From NCBI RefSeq assembly GCF_009914755.1, contig NC_060939.1: a stretch of 64,000 nucleotides of DNA. One strand, given 5' to 3'. The position numbers and the translations under genes are program-made. Of this stretch, positions 1 through 49,400 are shown one piece after another (position 1 is the stretch's first letter; every line of letters starts with the position of its first letter). The notes below the pieces were generated by a model, which saw only the letters and a list, made by a program, of their open reading frames with translations, ran no database searches and was not told the DNA's origin. The DNA is from the human T2T-CHM13v2.0 reference genome, Homo sapiens.

Positions 1-15
1 TAAAAGTGGCATTTA

Positions 16-294
16 GGCTGGGTGGGGTGGTTTATGCCTGTAATCCCAGCACTTTGGACGGCAAGGCGGGCAGATTACATGAGGCCAGCCTGGCTAACAT
101 GGTGAAACCCTGTGTCAACTAAAAATACCAAAATTAGCCAGGCATGGTGGTTTGTGCCTGTAATCCCAGCTACTCAGGAGGCTGAAATGGGGAAATCGCT
201 TGAACTCAGGAAGTGGAAGTTGCAGTGAGCCAAGATCTCCCCACTGTACTCCAGCCTGGGTGACAGAGTGAGACTCAAAAAAAAAAAAAAAAAA
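16..294 (+). mobile_element. Alu (AluS-like, small internal deletion)
   Basis: Alu consensus with poly(A); TSD aaaagtggcatt on both sides. Confidence 0.92.
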
Positions 295-763
295 GTGGCA
301 TTAAAAAATTATGATTCTGCATTATTGCCCTGGTTTGTTTCTGGTCTTTGACATTGCATCATGCTCCACCTTCTCTATAGGCAGGGTTGGATTATGGTTC
401 TGGGTTTTCTGATTTGGAAGTTTAGGTGATGTTACATTGTTAGAATTAGAAAGTAATTGAGATTTTTGGGCATTTTGAAACTTGGACATTTCTTATAACA
501 CATTCTTTTGTGTTTGTGAAGTTGTTTCTTATAGTTGGAAAGTGAAATTTGACTGCAAAGGCCAGGACATTCTGCTTCATGACTATTAATGATGTCAATA
601 AATCTGGTTCAGAGGACTTTTTATTTATAAATACTGAATCCAGGAATAGGCTATGGATAATTAATGAAATAAAGCAGAAGTAGCCTTCTTGGCTGAGTGA
701 GGGAAATATTTGTGTAAATTTTCAAGAGAGGAACCATGAAGTATTAGACTGGAAGGGAGCTAG

Positions 764-1338
764 TGAAGTGGCTACATTGACTGGCGTGTATACCCATGGT
801 TTATCGTGTTGCGCCAGGAAAATTTAGGACATGGACACACACAAGGAGTTTCGGAGTGGAGGTTTAATAGACAGGAGAAAAGAGAAAGAAAAACAACTCT
901 CTCTATTGAGAGAGAGGGGTCTTCTGAGTGGAAAGACGTGGCCGGTGGTGGATATGTCAGATTTTATAGTCAGGTTGGTGGAGGCGGTGTCTGATTTACA
1001 TAGGGCTCACAGATTGGTTTGATCAGGTATGATGTTTACATAGTGCATCAGGAAGGCTGGCCTCCCCACCCTCATCTTATTATGCAAATGAACTTTCCCC
1101 TTAGTTGGGGCCATCTTGTCTGCTCCTTACTGTACACATGGCTGACAAAGCAAAGGGAAAATGGAGCCGCCATCTTGAACATGATTGCCAGCATCTATGT
1201 CTGCAGCTCGATTTTACAGGCTGCTTTTGTTAGACAGGAAAATGATTTGGGGCTGCTTTTCATTAAAAGGAAAACCTTACCGAGGACTTCCATACCCTCA
1301 CTATCTGCCTAAGTAAATTTTTCTTAACTCTTGTATCA
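764..1338 (-). mobile_element. ERV1 solo LTR, MER61-like
   Basis: TG...CA termini; minus strand begins tgatacaagagttaagaagaaatttacttaggcagatagtgagggt, like the recalled MER61 consensus; flanks ctag/cttg (4-bp TSD, 1 mismatch). Confidence 0.8.
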
Positions 1339-1778
1339 CTTGGAGGCCAAATAACCTCAGACAGGGTGGCTGGAAACCAGAAACTTAGCCAGGCCTCCTC
1401 CTAGATTGCTCCTCCTGCCCCTGCCCCATGGGGCGCTTCCTATGGGGCTTTTCCCATGGAGATAGATATAGTGTCAGGACCATGAAAAACATGATTTTTC
1501 TTTTCTGGAAAGTGAGAAGTTTTGCTGTGATTCTATCATTCTGTGGACATTTAGAAAGAAAAGCAGGATGTGATGACTGGGTACACACCATAAAATATCT
1601 TCTTCCTTCCGTATGAAACATCAATATCTTACTTGGTGATTTCTTCTTCTCTTCAATCTAAAAAAAATCTATTTGAGTAATTTTTAAAATTTAAAATGTA
1701 CAGTGTATTAAAGAAAATTTGTGAAAAGTACATACAAAGAAGAGGGAAAATAATTATAATCATTAAAACCATTGCTAA

Positions 1779-2144
<366 letters not shown>

Positions 2145-2231
2145 TATTTTTTTTTTTTTCCCCGTTTAACATTATCACACAAGCATTGTTTTGTTGCTGT
2201 TGAGACATATTGTTCTAAAGATCATAGAGAT

Positions 2232-2430
2232 AGTATGGTGTAGTGGTTTAAAGTAGAGGCTCTCACACCAAAATACCTGGGTACAAATCACAGTCCACCC
2301 ATGGGCTATATAACTTTGAGAGTCACTTAACTGCTATCTGCCTTAGTTTTACCATCTGTTAAATGGGAATGATGGTGGTAGCCAACTCACAAGTTAAATG
2401 CTTATGTAAAGGACTTTGTAAATGTTAATT
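2232..2430 (+). mobile_element. MIR SINE
   Basis: gtatggtgtagtggtttaaag...cttagttttaccatctgttaaatggg MIR core. Confidence 0.7.
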
Positions 2431-2462
2431 ATCATCTAAAGGAAGATTTTATTAATATTAAT

Positions 2463-2750
2463 TTTATTTATTTATTTTGAGACAGGGTCTCCCTCTCTTC
2501 CCAGGCTGGAGTACAGTGGTGAAATCACAGATCACTGTGGCCTTCACCTCCCGGGCTTGAGTGATCCTTCCACTTCAGCCTTGGTAGTAGCTGGGTGCAC
2601 CACCATGCCTGGCTAATTTTTTTTTTTTTTAAATAGAGTTGGGGTTTCCCCATGTTTTCCATGCTAGTCTCAAACTCCTGGGCTCAGGTGATCCCTCTCT
2701 CTCAGCCTCCTAAAGTGCTGGGATTACAGGTGTGAGCCACCATGCCCAGC
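2463..2750 (-). mobile_element. Alu (AluJ-like)
   Basis: Diverged reverse Alu. Confidence 0.9.
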
Positions 2751-2902
2751 CAATATTAATGTATGTGTATAGTAGAGACTTTTATAAAATACATAAAAGC
2801 AGAAGAAATCAAAATCACTCATTATTCTAAAACCCAGAGAAAACCACTTGCCAGTGTTAAAATTTTGGCTTTGTTTTTTCTAATATATTTCCTCTTACAT
2901 AG

Positions 2903-3280
<378 letters not shown>

Positions 3281-5066
3281 TGAACATAATTTTAAAAGAC
3301 TTCAGAAATCATCTTGTGTTCCATATTTTAGTTAACCTTTCCCCAGTGTTTTGATATTTGCATTGCTCTCTGCCCCCATATTAAAGTGGTGACCTGAGCC
3401 TTCCCTGGCCCGTGTGGAGCCTGCATTTTTTTTTTTCTGTCCCCAGGACATAATTAGCCCTAATCCACAAACCAATTAGTAGAGGGGTGACCAGATTATG
3501 AATACATTTGTGAAAAACATCTTTGTAGTGGTTTTTCTTCTTCAGTATTAGAGGTTATTTCCTTAGATTAGATTCCTAGAAATGGAAATGCAGGGTCAAA
3601 GGGTAAGTTTCCAGAAGGGTTTTATTGACTCTAGACTCCTGGAAACACTGTATGAGCCTGTCCTACTTACCGTGGGCCTCCAAATCCCCTTCCTACAGCT
3701 CTAGGTTGCTTCTCAGATCTGAAATATTGAAGAAGTTGTCGGGGCACCAAAACTCTGGAATTAAGTTAATCTTAACAGCCCCTCAGCTCCTCTTTCCCAT
3801 TCCCTATTATTTTTCCCCCTCTCCAAGGCCTTTCTTTCTTTTTGTAGCTCCTCTGCCCTGCCAGCTTTCTCTAATCCCCTTGTGCAGGCTTCCTCTTCTC
3901 CAGTCGGGAGGATGGAAATGATATAATTAAGTCATTTTATTAAGTAGTTAGTAACCTTAGCAGCTAGAAGTGTTAGTCCCCAGCTGGACACTTGCATTTT
4001 AATAAAGGGTTCTTGGAGCAGTGGTGAACCCTAAGAACTGGACTTGACGGTAGGATTTGGGGCACTGTCATACCCAGGGAGGGAGATATCATGAGCCGGA
4101 GCCACTCAAGGTTTACAAGTAGATGGAGTCCTGGATGTCAGGCCAGCTTTGTGTGTGGGGTAAAGCAAAGGTCAGTCTTTGAGAAGCCTTAATTTCCTCT
4201 CTGCCAAAGCACTAACTGCTGAGAGTAGAAACAGGTTTTCTTAAAGGTAAAGTGAGTCTCTCGGAGGAACTATTAAGGAGAAATTGTTTACTGAATTGGA
4301 TGTAATAAAAGACTAGTCAGCAGCATATACAGATTCCTTCCATAAAATATAACTTTATGATACCAGGCAGGGCTCCTTTTATGGCTTTCTAAAATCGTTT
4401 GGTTGAAATTGCTAGAGGTGTGGAGGGCCTTCACTTGTGTGTCGGTAGCCAGTGATTTGATTACATTATATTTCCCTGGGCAAGCAGAGCCAGGAGGCCT
4501 CTGGATGGGGGCTGAGGCCTTGATTGCCCTGGTGGGTACTCTGAGTTGCAGAAGGTGGGTTTCTTGCTAGACGGTTTCTGTTTCAACAAGGTCTCAGGTG
4601 CCTTTTACTGCAAGGAATGTTGTAGGTCTCTAATTGTGGACTCGTATATCAGTTTTAATGGACTGAAAATCCACAGAAAGCACTGGGGAGTGTGCCTCCG
4701 TGGAGAATGGGCCAACAGCTGGATACAACCAGATGGTGCCCTAGATCTTACGGATGGACAAGGATGGGTACAGACAGGTTATTAGGAAGGACTTAAAGAG
4801 TTGGGGAACCTGATTCAAACAAAGTCCTCGATAGCCTGAACGTAGGCGGAAGGGGAGAAATGGTAAGTGTAGTCAACTGATAGCTACCAATTGGGTGCTC
4901 TCAGGAGACCTTGGGACCACAGCCAGTGGGGAAAGTGGTCTTGAGAGATGATGGGGACCAGCTGGAGCGGGCCAGATGCCGGCCTCCCTTCCTCCTGGAA
5001 AGAAAACGCTTCAGTCCCACGATGGTTTCTACCTTGGCACTCACAGCCCTGTCTCTTCCCTTCCAG

Positions 5067-37203
<32,137 letters not shown>

Positions 37204-37460
37204 GGATGGCTCAGCACTTGCTCATCTTGGATGGCTTCTGGGCCAAAACTGCAGTCACTGAATGACCAAGAGCAGCACGAAGGACTTGGAACCTATCCTT
37301 GTAAAGAGTTCCTTGATGGGTAATGGTGACCAAATGCCTCCCTTTTCAGTACCTTTGAACAGCAACCATGTGGGCTACTCATGATGGGCTTGATTCTTTG
37401 GGAATAATAAAATGAAATAATACTTTTATTTTCTGAATAAAAGTTTGTCACTGATTGTGT
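37204..37460 (+). terminator. SQOR: SQOR 3'UTR with tandem poly(A) signals AATAAA (37406-37411, 37436-37441) and downstream GU-rich element
   Basis: Two AATAAA hexamers ~200-240 nt after the stop, followed by ttgtgttct; cleavage position inferred. Confidence 0.85.
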
Positions 37461-37679
37461 TCTATGAGAAAATTTTATCTTGGCTGATAGGGATGAAAAG
37501 TTCCAGCACTTGGGAGAAAAATATGGTGGTGGTGGGCTAGCTTATATGTTATCTACTGTGAGTATTCAGCTGACAGCTGGCATAATTTCACAGAGCCTAT
37601 TTGGATTCACTGAAAAGGGTCATTCCAGGGACAATATTGTTTCAAACATAGTGGGCAGTAGCCCTGAACATGTGCTGCT

Positions 37680-38097
37680 TAGAACTCCTGCCGCGGGAGC
37701 ACTGTGGAGTAAGAGCCCAGCTGCCACCCCTCTTGTTCCACCACCCTGTTTATGCTAAGGCCATACTTTCTTCCAGCCAGAGACTGAACATGGTGGGGTG
37801 CCAGTGCTGGCCCATTCCTTGGAATGTGGGACTTCTCTACTGGACAACTTTAGCTCCAGGACCCCCCATCAACCTGGCTGAAACTTCCTTAGAACTGTGC
37901 TGCGTCTGAGGTTCTATCCAGTCCTCCTTCCTTCCCCCTCTGTTTTCATACGTGTCCATCTTTCACGGTGGTGTGAAGGCCCGCCTTGCCTTCTCCTGTT
38001 CCGTCTCCTTTATGCTTCCTAGCCATTTCCCCCACTAAATCTCCTGCAAACCTAGTTCTCTCCAGGCACCTGTTTCTCAGGGAACCTACACACAGAG
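37680..38097 (+). mobile_element. ERVL LTR16-like LTR
   Basis: 3' end cccccactaaatctcctgcaaacctagttctc...tgtttctcagggaacc resembles the recalled LTR16 end. Confidence 0.55.
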
Positions 38098-38315
38098 AGA
38101 CTGGGGTTAGAGGAATCCTGATGTGTATACCAAGCATTTGCTAGATTCAGTCCCAATTTTGCTAACAAGGTTTTGAATGAGTTTGTACTAGAGATATTGC
38201 AGGAAATAGTTCCAGTTTATTTGAAGTTCAGCAGTGGCTTAAAAATAATTTGTTTTCCATTAGTTTATTGTAGAAGTTCACAGGTTCAGTTCAATCTGGC
38301 ATTTTAAAGCTGTGA

Positions 38316-38670
<355 letters not shown>

Positions 38671-40274
38671 ACCACAATGCCTTAGATTTTTATAAGGTTA
38701 GAGTTCAAACCCTTTTATGTGTTACTAGATTGCCAAGTCTGTTTTCCTAGCGTTCTCTCGATGATGTTAGAAACTTTGGGCGTTCACTCACTCATTCAAC
38801 AAATATTTATTGAGCATATACTACCTGCTAAGTACTATTCTTGGCCCAGGGTATATACTGTGTTGAACCAGACAAATAAGGGCCCTGTCCACATTTTTGT
38901 GGTGCCTGTGATAGTTTCCTCTTCTTTTCCTGGGATGCCAAGGGAGCTTGTTGAGTGAGGTCCTGGCTTGATTAGAGAAGTAGACTGTCTTCAGTGGCAT
39001 ACAATCTGGGGGAGGGCAGGGCACTAACTGCTCTAGCCGCAGGCCGCTAACCTGGCGACAGGGGTAGAAGATGTTCTCTAGGGTGTCCACACATCCTGGT
39101 TTGCCTGGGATAGTCCTGTTTAATACCTATTGTCCTGGCTTAACTAAATAGTGTCCCCTTTAGCTCTCCAAGATGTCGCAGTTTAGACAATAGATTTACA
39201 AGCACTCTGGGGATCACCCTCCACCCCCCAGTCCCAGAATGGGAGAGTAGTGCTACGAATGGTGCTAATACAGGACTTGTCACCTCATTGGCTTTTCCAT
39301 GGTGCTCATGAGACAAGCAGGAGTAGGATTAGTCTGCCTTGTTCTCTGAGTCCTGGCAAAGAAACTCCATCCCTTTATGGAGTTCCTGCCCGAGACTGCT
39401 GCCGCCTGGCTCCTGGTGGGCTGCTCACTCTCTCAGGCATGGAGGTCAGGGAGAGCCGGGGGCTGTTCACCTCTAATGGTTCTTCCCTGCAGGGTCTAGG
39501 AAGGCTTGGGGATAATCCAGTTGGGACTCTCTCCCTGGATGTAGACAAAAGTGCTGGCAAGGTAAGTTTCTGCATTTTCAGAGAATGGGGCTGTGATTCA
39601 GAGAATGGCTGAGGCTCCAGGTGGAGTAACTTTGAAATCCCTTGTGGAGTTACCTCGAGCCTCCTGGGTCTGTTTACGATGATGCATTCTGAAGGAAACC
39701 TTCAAGCATCAGGGAATTGATTCCAGGTTCACATTATGCTGGGTAGGTTGTATTGCCAAAGCTGGAGACAGCAGTGACCATGACTGGACAGTTTTCTTTC
39801 CCCTGAGCTGGGAAAGACAAAATGTGCTGAATTCCAGAAAAGCTTAGCCTTTGAAACCTTATCCACAAATGTGGGGTGCCAAGGGAGAGGGCTTCCCTTA
39901 GCACTGCTGCCATAATTAGGAGTGGGCAGTAGGAAGAGGAGGTAAGACCAGGGTAGGGATAAGGATAGTGATTTTTCCAAGGGTGTTACCTTGGGGTGGG
40001 GAGGATGTTGTAGGTCCCATCCTACAGAGGGCTCCAAACTCAGGCCTTCAGGGTCCATAAGTGACGTGGTGCTGAGACTGCCGACTTGGGGAATCTCTTT
40101 AAACCCTCCACCCCTTTTCTCCAGAGCTTCTTCCTTCTCAATTCCTGCTTTGGTGTTAGCCCTGGATGAGCTGTGGGTGTAATAACAGAGCTGAGGTTGT
40201 AGTTTAGGGGCCACTGGGGTACAGGGAAGTAGGCTAGGCTTAAGTTGACTTGGGGATCACAGAGTTTGAGATTT

Positions 40275-40592
<318 letters not shown>

Positions 40593-41012
40593 TGATATTA
40601 ACATTTTAAATGCTTTTTTTCCTTGTCTAAATTTTGTAAAGAATTTAGAGAACAGGTGTAAACAAGAGGACTAAAAATCACTTCCACATTTGCCACCCAG
40701 TTATAATAACTAGTAACATGTTGATGTCTCTCAATTGACCTAATATGATTACATATCAAGTTTCTGAAAACTGAAACAGGATGGCATTGTAAGTAGTGTT
40801 CTGTGGCCTAGCGTCTTATGCTTAATAGATAGACACTGAAGACCCAGTGGTTGGTTGTGGAGAGGAGGTAATCGGGGCAATCTCTCAAGGAGCACAGGGC
40901 GTTTGTGCCTGCTGAGAAAACTGCTCATTAACCAATTAATGTAACATATATATGTCATGTGCTAAGTAGGGTATTGGTACATAATCAGCATTAGATATTT
41001 TCCTCATGCAAC

Positions 41013-41384
<372 letters not shown>

Positions 41385-42530
41385 TGAGAAAGGTGGCTTT
41401 TGTAATGCAATGTATAAAAGTAGCTCCTCTGGATGTTTTGGTTTTAAATGCAGTGGTTAACTGTTCCGACATTAAAACAAAGTTCCCCCTTCACATCCTA
41501 AGACCACAGAGCTTTTGTTCAGGATGGGCCCCCTGTGATCATCTCAGGGAGGGAAGAAATGCTTTGGATAAGATGAAGGCTTTTGAGTGGATTAAGGAAA
41601 ACTATATTTCTCCGGTTAGGTTAACTGTCAAGTAGCTAAGAAAATTGCATGTCTATATGCTGGAAGAAGTCAAGGTTAACATTCGGCAATAGGTAGAAAG
41701 GTCACAAGAAGCAATTGAGAAGAAGACGGATGGTGAAATACCAGGCAGTTTTCTCCCTCAATATGGATTTTTTAAAAGTAATTTCCCTGGAGTGTAGCAT
41801 GCTATAAACAATCCTAAATTAGGTCATAACTTTCCATATTTGCATGAAGTAAAACTCCTGTGACTGCATCCCTCAGGTACAATTGGGGGCCACTCCCAGG
41901 CCTACAGTAGAATAGAGGCTGCAGAAGGGCAGGTCCTCTGGTGTATACTAGGTACCAGCTGTGTCGGGTTTTCTTGAAGACCAGCCGATAGAACAGAGGA
42001 CTAGGAGCCCCAGACCTGGATTTGGATCCTGGCTCTCCCACCGACTACTGCCTGAGAGTGTCCAGCTCAAGCATATTAGTCAGCATTTCCTCACCTGTAG
42101 GATGGGTAATAATACCGTTTCCACTGAGTTCATATGAGGATTAAGTAAATCAAGGGAAAGCTCTGAGCAGTTTGACAGCTAGACGGTAGCTACTGTTGTT
42201 AACTCTAGGAATCCAACAAAGCATTCACAAATATAATTCCCCCTGAAACTAGAAATTTCTATCAGTCCTGCAGAAATGGGATCATGACAGGGGTTTCCAG
42301 CATCCTTGCACTAGTCAAAGGGCATGCAGATTCTGTTACTTGCCACCCTTACATCTCTCTGCCTCATTTCAGACTTTCAGCACTGGGAAATTCCCAGTGT
42401 TACAGATTCGCCAATGTCGGGTAGTGGGTAAAAGTGCAGGTGTGGACCCGGCCTCTGGGTTTGAATCCTAGATCTGCTTCTCATTGAGTGTATGGTCTAG
42501 GGCAAGCCATTTCAACTCTCTAGGTCCTAG

Positions 42531-43655
<1,125 letters not shown>

Positions 43656-44008
43656 ATAGTTTTCTTATCTATAAATTGGGGACAAAAATAGCATCTACCT
43701 TGCTGAGTTATTATGGAGATTAAATATGTCAAATACTTCTTACATAATGCTAATCAAATACCAAGTACTGTTCTAGTTCTAAGCTATTATTAATTGCCTC
43801 AGGTCAATCAAAATTGACTGGCTGCTTCCTCGTGACTTGTAATGAGATATCCCATAGAAACAGATGGGCTCCTTTCCTGGAGTGAAATCCATCTGACCCA
43901 AGGTGCGTGGACTCTGACAGGTTTAGCTTATGGAAGGCCCTTTGTATTCAACCTCTCTTTATCGCAAATCAATTCCTCTTTCCAGGGTATATAAATATAT
44001 ACCATAGA

Positions 44009-44322
44009 GGCCGGGTGCAGTGGCTTCATGCCTGTAATCCCAGCACTTTGGGACACTGAGGAGGGCGGATCACTTGAGGTCAGGAGTTTGAGACCAACCT
44101 GGCCAACATGGCAAAACCCCGTCTTTACTAAAAATACAAAAAAATAGCTGGGTGTCCTGGTGCACGCCTGTAGTCCCAGCTGCTTGGAAGGCTGAGGCAG
44201 GAGAATCACTTGAACCCGGGAGGCGGAATCACTTGAACCTGGGAGGCGGAGGTTGCACTGAGCTGAGATTGTGCTACTGCACGCCAGCCTGGGCGACAGA
44301 GTGAGACTGTCTCAAAAAAAAA
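44009..44322 (+). mobile_element. Alu with 23-bp internal tandem duplication
   Basis: gaatcacttgaacc(c/t)gggaggcg x2 at 44203-44248; TSD ataccataga. Confidence 0.93.
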
Positions 44323-44835
44323 CCCTCAGAAAACATACATACCATAGAGACATACTATTAGAAATGCTATTTGTTATAGAGGATCAATGAATAAAAAAAT
44401 GTCATATTAGTCACTCCCATGAACATTTAACTTCTTGTGCATCTAATATAGGTAGGGCTATGGGGATTTATAGAGGAAAGCCTTTGCCCTCAATGAGATC
44501 TGTTTGGTTACTTATGTGTCCATCATGTGAATTGCCAAGATAGATGTCCCATCTGTATGTTCTGATAGCATATTTTAGAATATCCCACTGGCTTATATCA
44601 GACATTCAGGGAAAAAAAGAGGAAGTTTGAGCTGAATTCCCAAACTAGTCAGAGCTCATTTGGTTGTAAGTGACAGAAATCCAACCCAAATAAGCCTATG
44701 CAAAAAAGGGAATTTGTTGGCTCATGTAACTGGGAAAGCTAAGGGTAGACTTCAAGCGTGGCTGGATCCAGGAGTCAAATAATATAGTTACAGCGCTCTC
44801 TCTTTTCATCTCCCAATTCTTTTTCCCTCTGAGTC

Positions 44836-45131
44836 ATTTTTTTTTTTTTTTTGAGACAGAGTCTCACTCTGTCACCCAGGCTGAAGGTGGTGGTGCCATC
44901 TCGACTCATTGCAACCGCCTCCCAGGTTCAAGTGATTCTCGTGCCTCAGCCTCTGGAGTAGCTGGCGTTACAGGCCTGCACCACCATGCGTGGCTAATTT
45001 TTGTATTTTTAGTAGAGATGGGGTTTCGCCATGTTGGTCAGGCTGGTCTTGAACTCCTGACTTCAAGTGATCCACCCACCTCTGGCCTCCCAAAGTGTTG
45101 GGATTACAGGTGTGAGCCACCACCCCTGGCC
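44836..45131 (-). mobile_element. Alu inserted in an old MLT1-like LTR fragment (~44650 onward)
   Basis: Reverse Alu; TSD tctgagtca. Confidence 0.9.
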
Positions 45132-45999
45132 ATCTCTGAGTCACTCTTCTACTATAGACACATTTTCGCAATGTGGCCAGGGAAGAGGGCTATGTTCACG
45201 ACCTCTCTGATTGGTCTCTTTGGAGGAAAGCAACAAACTTTGCTTTCTAAGTGTTCATAGATCAATTTTAGGTGAGGATTATAATTATCACCTGATAAAT
45301 AAATGTGTTTTCCTTATCAGAATGAGTACAGGGATTTGTCATCTTTTGTTCAGTGCTGTATTAGTAGGACCTAGAATAGTATATATGGCACACAGTAAGG
45401 TACTCAGTAAATATTTGTTGAATAACTGAACGAATTAGCTAAATTTTTGTCATTGCCCACTTCATATCTAAGGGAGTGGTTTGCTACCCAAAGAAGGACA
45501 TTGGAAGAAAGATGTTCTGAGCAATGCCAGACCATTATTATCTCTATGGTCCCGAACCAAGAGCAAGACTTGGCCAAAGAGGAGTGGAAACTTCCCAGGC
45601 ACAGGGAATAGTATATGTAAAGGGGTAGAGGTGAGGGGATGCAGGACCTAGAGTTAGTTTGGTAGGGGTGGACTACTGGACCACATGAAGACAGGCTGGG
45701 AAGCGGTCTTTTGAAGGCCCTTGGGCTGCATTTTTTTCTGTTGCTTTTGTTCCTTCAGCCCTGCCCTTCACCTTCTGCACATTGCCCTGTGCCCCGGGAG
45801 GCTAACAGGTATGGCATCAATGTCCTCTCCTGATTATCTGGTTTCTGGTTGGGTTTGGCCAATGGAGGGTGTTGGTAGGAGATGGGAGAGAGGGAGGAGA
45901 GTAAGATTGGCCTTTTTATTTATTACTCTGGCTCCCTCCCTGCAGTGCTGTCTTGGCCCCATGATGAGGGAAGAACGGAAGTTAAGAATATACGTTTAT

Positions 46000-46724
<725 letters not shown>

Positions 46725-47408
46725 TAATTAAAAACATTAGGGCTTGTACTCTCTGTGGGTTTTCTCATCTCATTGTTTCCTAATAGTTTTTTTATTGTAA
46801 GTTACCAAAGCACTAGTCTGAGGAGAATAGGATTAAAAAAAAAATCAAACACAAAGAGGGTAGAAACCCAAACCTGGTCCTTCAGCACAGATCATTAGAG
46901 AAGCTTGACTCTCCATCACTCTTTTGGGTTCTGGAAATTGCTCCCTGCCTTTGTCCTGCTGGGCCTGGAGGGGAAAGAGCTCCACTGCTATCAACCCGAG
47001 CGACTACTCTTTGCCTGTGGTTCCCCTAAACCTAGGCCCCTCATTTGTAAACCAGCCCATTTTGAATTATCTTAATTTGACTGTGTCATCTGCTTCCTGT
47101 TGGGACCCCGGCGGACCCAAGGTAACCTAAAAATGATGCCAAGCTATTGCGAGAGTTTATGGAGGAATGACAGGAGATTGTAGCCACATGAGTGAGGTAT
47201 AGACAAGGGAGGAGACCCCAGACAGAGTGACAAATGCCAGGGCCAACTCACTTTAAAATGCTGAAGGCTTGAACTAAGGCAGTGGTACTAAGGGCAGGAA
47301 AAAATCCATAGATATTTAAGATATCCTGTCAGTTAGGAAAACAGAAATCTGTTTAGATTTGGGTCCCGTTAAGCTATAAATAGCTTAAGGAGAAGAATTA
47401 AATATTGT

Positions 47409-47628
47409 AGAGGGTGGCAAACCATGACCTTTGAGCCAAGTGCAACCAGTGGCCTGTTTTTATAAATAAAGTTTTATTGGAACATGGTCATGCTTGTTTA
47501 TGTGATGTTTGGGGTGCTTTTCTGCTACAAAGGCAGAGTTGAGCAGTTGTAACAGAGACCATATATGATCTGCAAAGCCTAAAATATTTACTCTCTGGCC
47601 CTTTACAGAAAGAGCTTGCTGACTCCTG
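47409..47628. mobile_element. MER58A (hAT-Charlie)
   Basis: ggcaaac...aaataaagttttattggaaca...ctaaaatatttactctctggccctttacagaaa. Confidence 0.85.
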
Positions 47629-49028
47629 GAATATTGGGATGGCAACGTTTACAGAACTCTAGGGGAACAAGCAAGAATCGTGGAAAACTACTGTTGGTTT
47701 TCATATCGGGGGCTGAATAAACTGCAGGAATACTGGCCCCAGTGATCTTGGCTGTGGATCAGCCACATCAAAATATGTGATTGCAGGAGACCGCTTAGAA
47801 ACCTATGCTGGCCTCATGTCTGCAGATGCAGATGTCCACCAACACCAGAGGAGGAAGGGCTTCTCCTCATCTGCCTTCCCATCTGTCACGAGTGCCCCTC
47901 ATTGGCTGGCACTAAGTGAAACTGATGTACATTTCCAGCTTTTCCTCTTGATACACTGGTGATCATAGAAGGGGCAGGGATAGGGAAGCCCGGGGCTTTG
48001 GGGTGACTAGAGAGGGTAGGGATTTGGAGTCTGGGAGGACTCCCAGGCTTTGGTGACAGTGATGAATTGTGGTGATACCCACAGAGAGGATGAGAAGAAG
48101 AAAAGAAGAAGATTCTGGACAGGAGGGGAGGCCCTATTGGGAGGTTAGATTCCCAACCCCCTGCCAACTGTGGAGTTGAGTCACAGCCACCTGCCCCAGT
48201 GGGGCTGTACTTACATTGATTCATGGAGTAAAACCATTAAGTACTTTTGACATAAAACATTGGTATTCTGAGCCCGGGATGAACAGATTTTGCCATGGCT
48301 GATGGATATCTAGCTCACAAGCTAACACAGCTATACATCTTCCTTTGGTAGGTTTCAAGGAGACCTTCCAGGAACTGGAAAGCATTGGCAATTTCTTTGG
48401 CCTGGCGCCCTGTTGGCATGCATGGTCTTGTGAATGCCAGAGAGGCCTGAAGCAAAGTAACCAAGTGAGGAGAGTAGATTGGAGGGAGAGGAGGTGAGAC
48501 GCAAAGGGGTGGAGAGGAGACCAAGGAAACCCTGGGGAGGAGCCTCATTACAGAGGTGAGAGGTCACCTAATGCCCATGGAGCAGGGAGCAATGGAGGAT
48601 AGGGGGAAAGGGTGCTAGGACTGCAGGTGCTGACCAGCCCAGGCCTCCGCCTCCACCTGGCTTATTGTCAGTCAGAGCTTCACCTTCCTCCAGAGCATGC
48701 TCCCTACTGTTGACTGGGGACTGTGCTGTGAAATTTAGCAAGATCTGGCAGAAAACTCTTCCCCATCCTATATCTTTCTTTGGGCAGAGACTCAAGGACC
48801 TCAGTTGTGTGACTTTTCACTTCAGCAAAGTTGGTTTTATTAGCTCTACTTCCCCCAGTTTGGTAGTAATCCAGCTCACAAATCCATCCTTACAGCCTAC
48901 TAATCCATGTTACATCCTACTAGTTAACGATTGTCTTCTAAATGAGGAATGCCTTCCAATTATTTTTATGTGCAAATACAATACTGCAGGTGCTTAAACA
49001 TCAATAATGGTAAAAACAACATGGTAAT

Positions 49029-49400
49029 TGCTCTAGACTGAATGTTTGTATTTCTCTCAAATTCATATGTTGAAGCCCTCAACCCCAATGTGGCTGTATT
49101 TTGAGATAGAGCATTTACAGGAGTAATTAAGGTTAAATGAGTCCACAAGGGTAGGGCTCTGATCCAAAAGAAATAGTGTCCTTATAACGGGAGGAACCAG
49201 AGAGCTCTCTCTCTCTGCCATGTAAGAATACAGTAAGAAGGTTGCTGTCTACAAACTAAGAAGAGGGCCCTCACCAGAATTCAATCATGCTGGCACCTTA
49301 TCTTGGACTTTCAACCTCCAGAATTGCAAGAAAATAAATTTCTGTTCTTTAAGCCACCCCAGTCTGTTGTGTTTTGTTATAGTAGCTCAAGCTGATTAAA
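49029..49400 (+). mobile_element. MaLR LTR (MLT1A/MST-like)
   Basis: gactgaatgtttgt...aaattcatatgttgaagccct...aataaatttctgttctttaagccacc. Confidence 0.82.
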
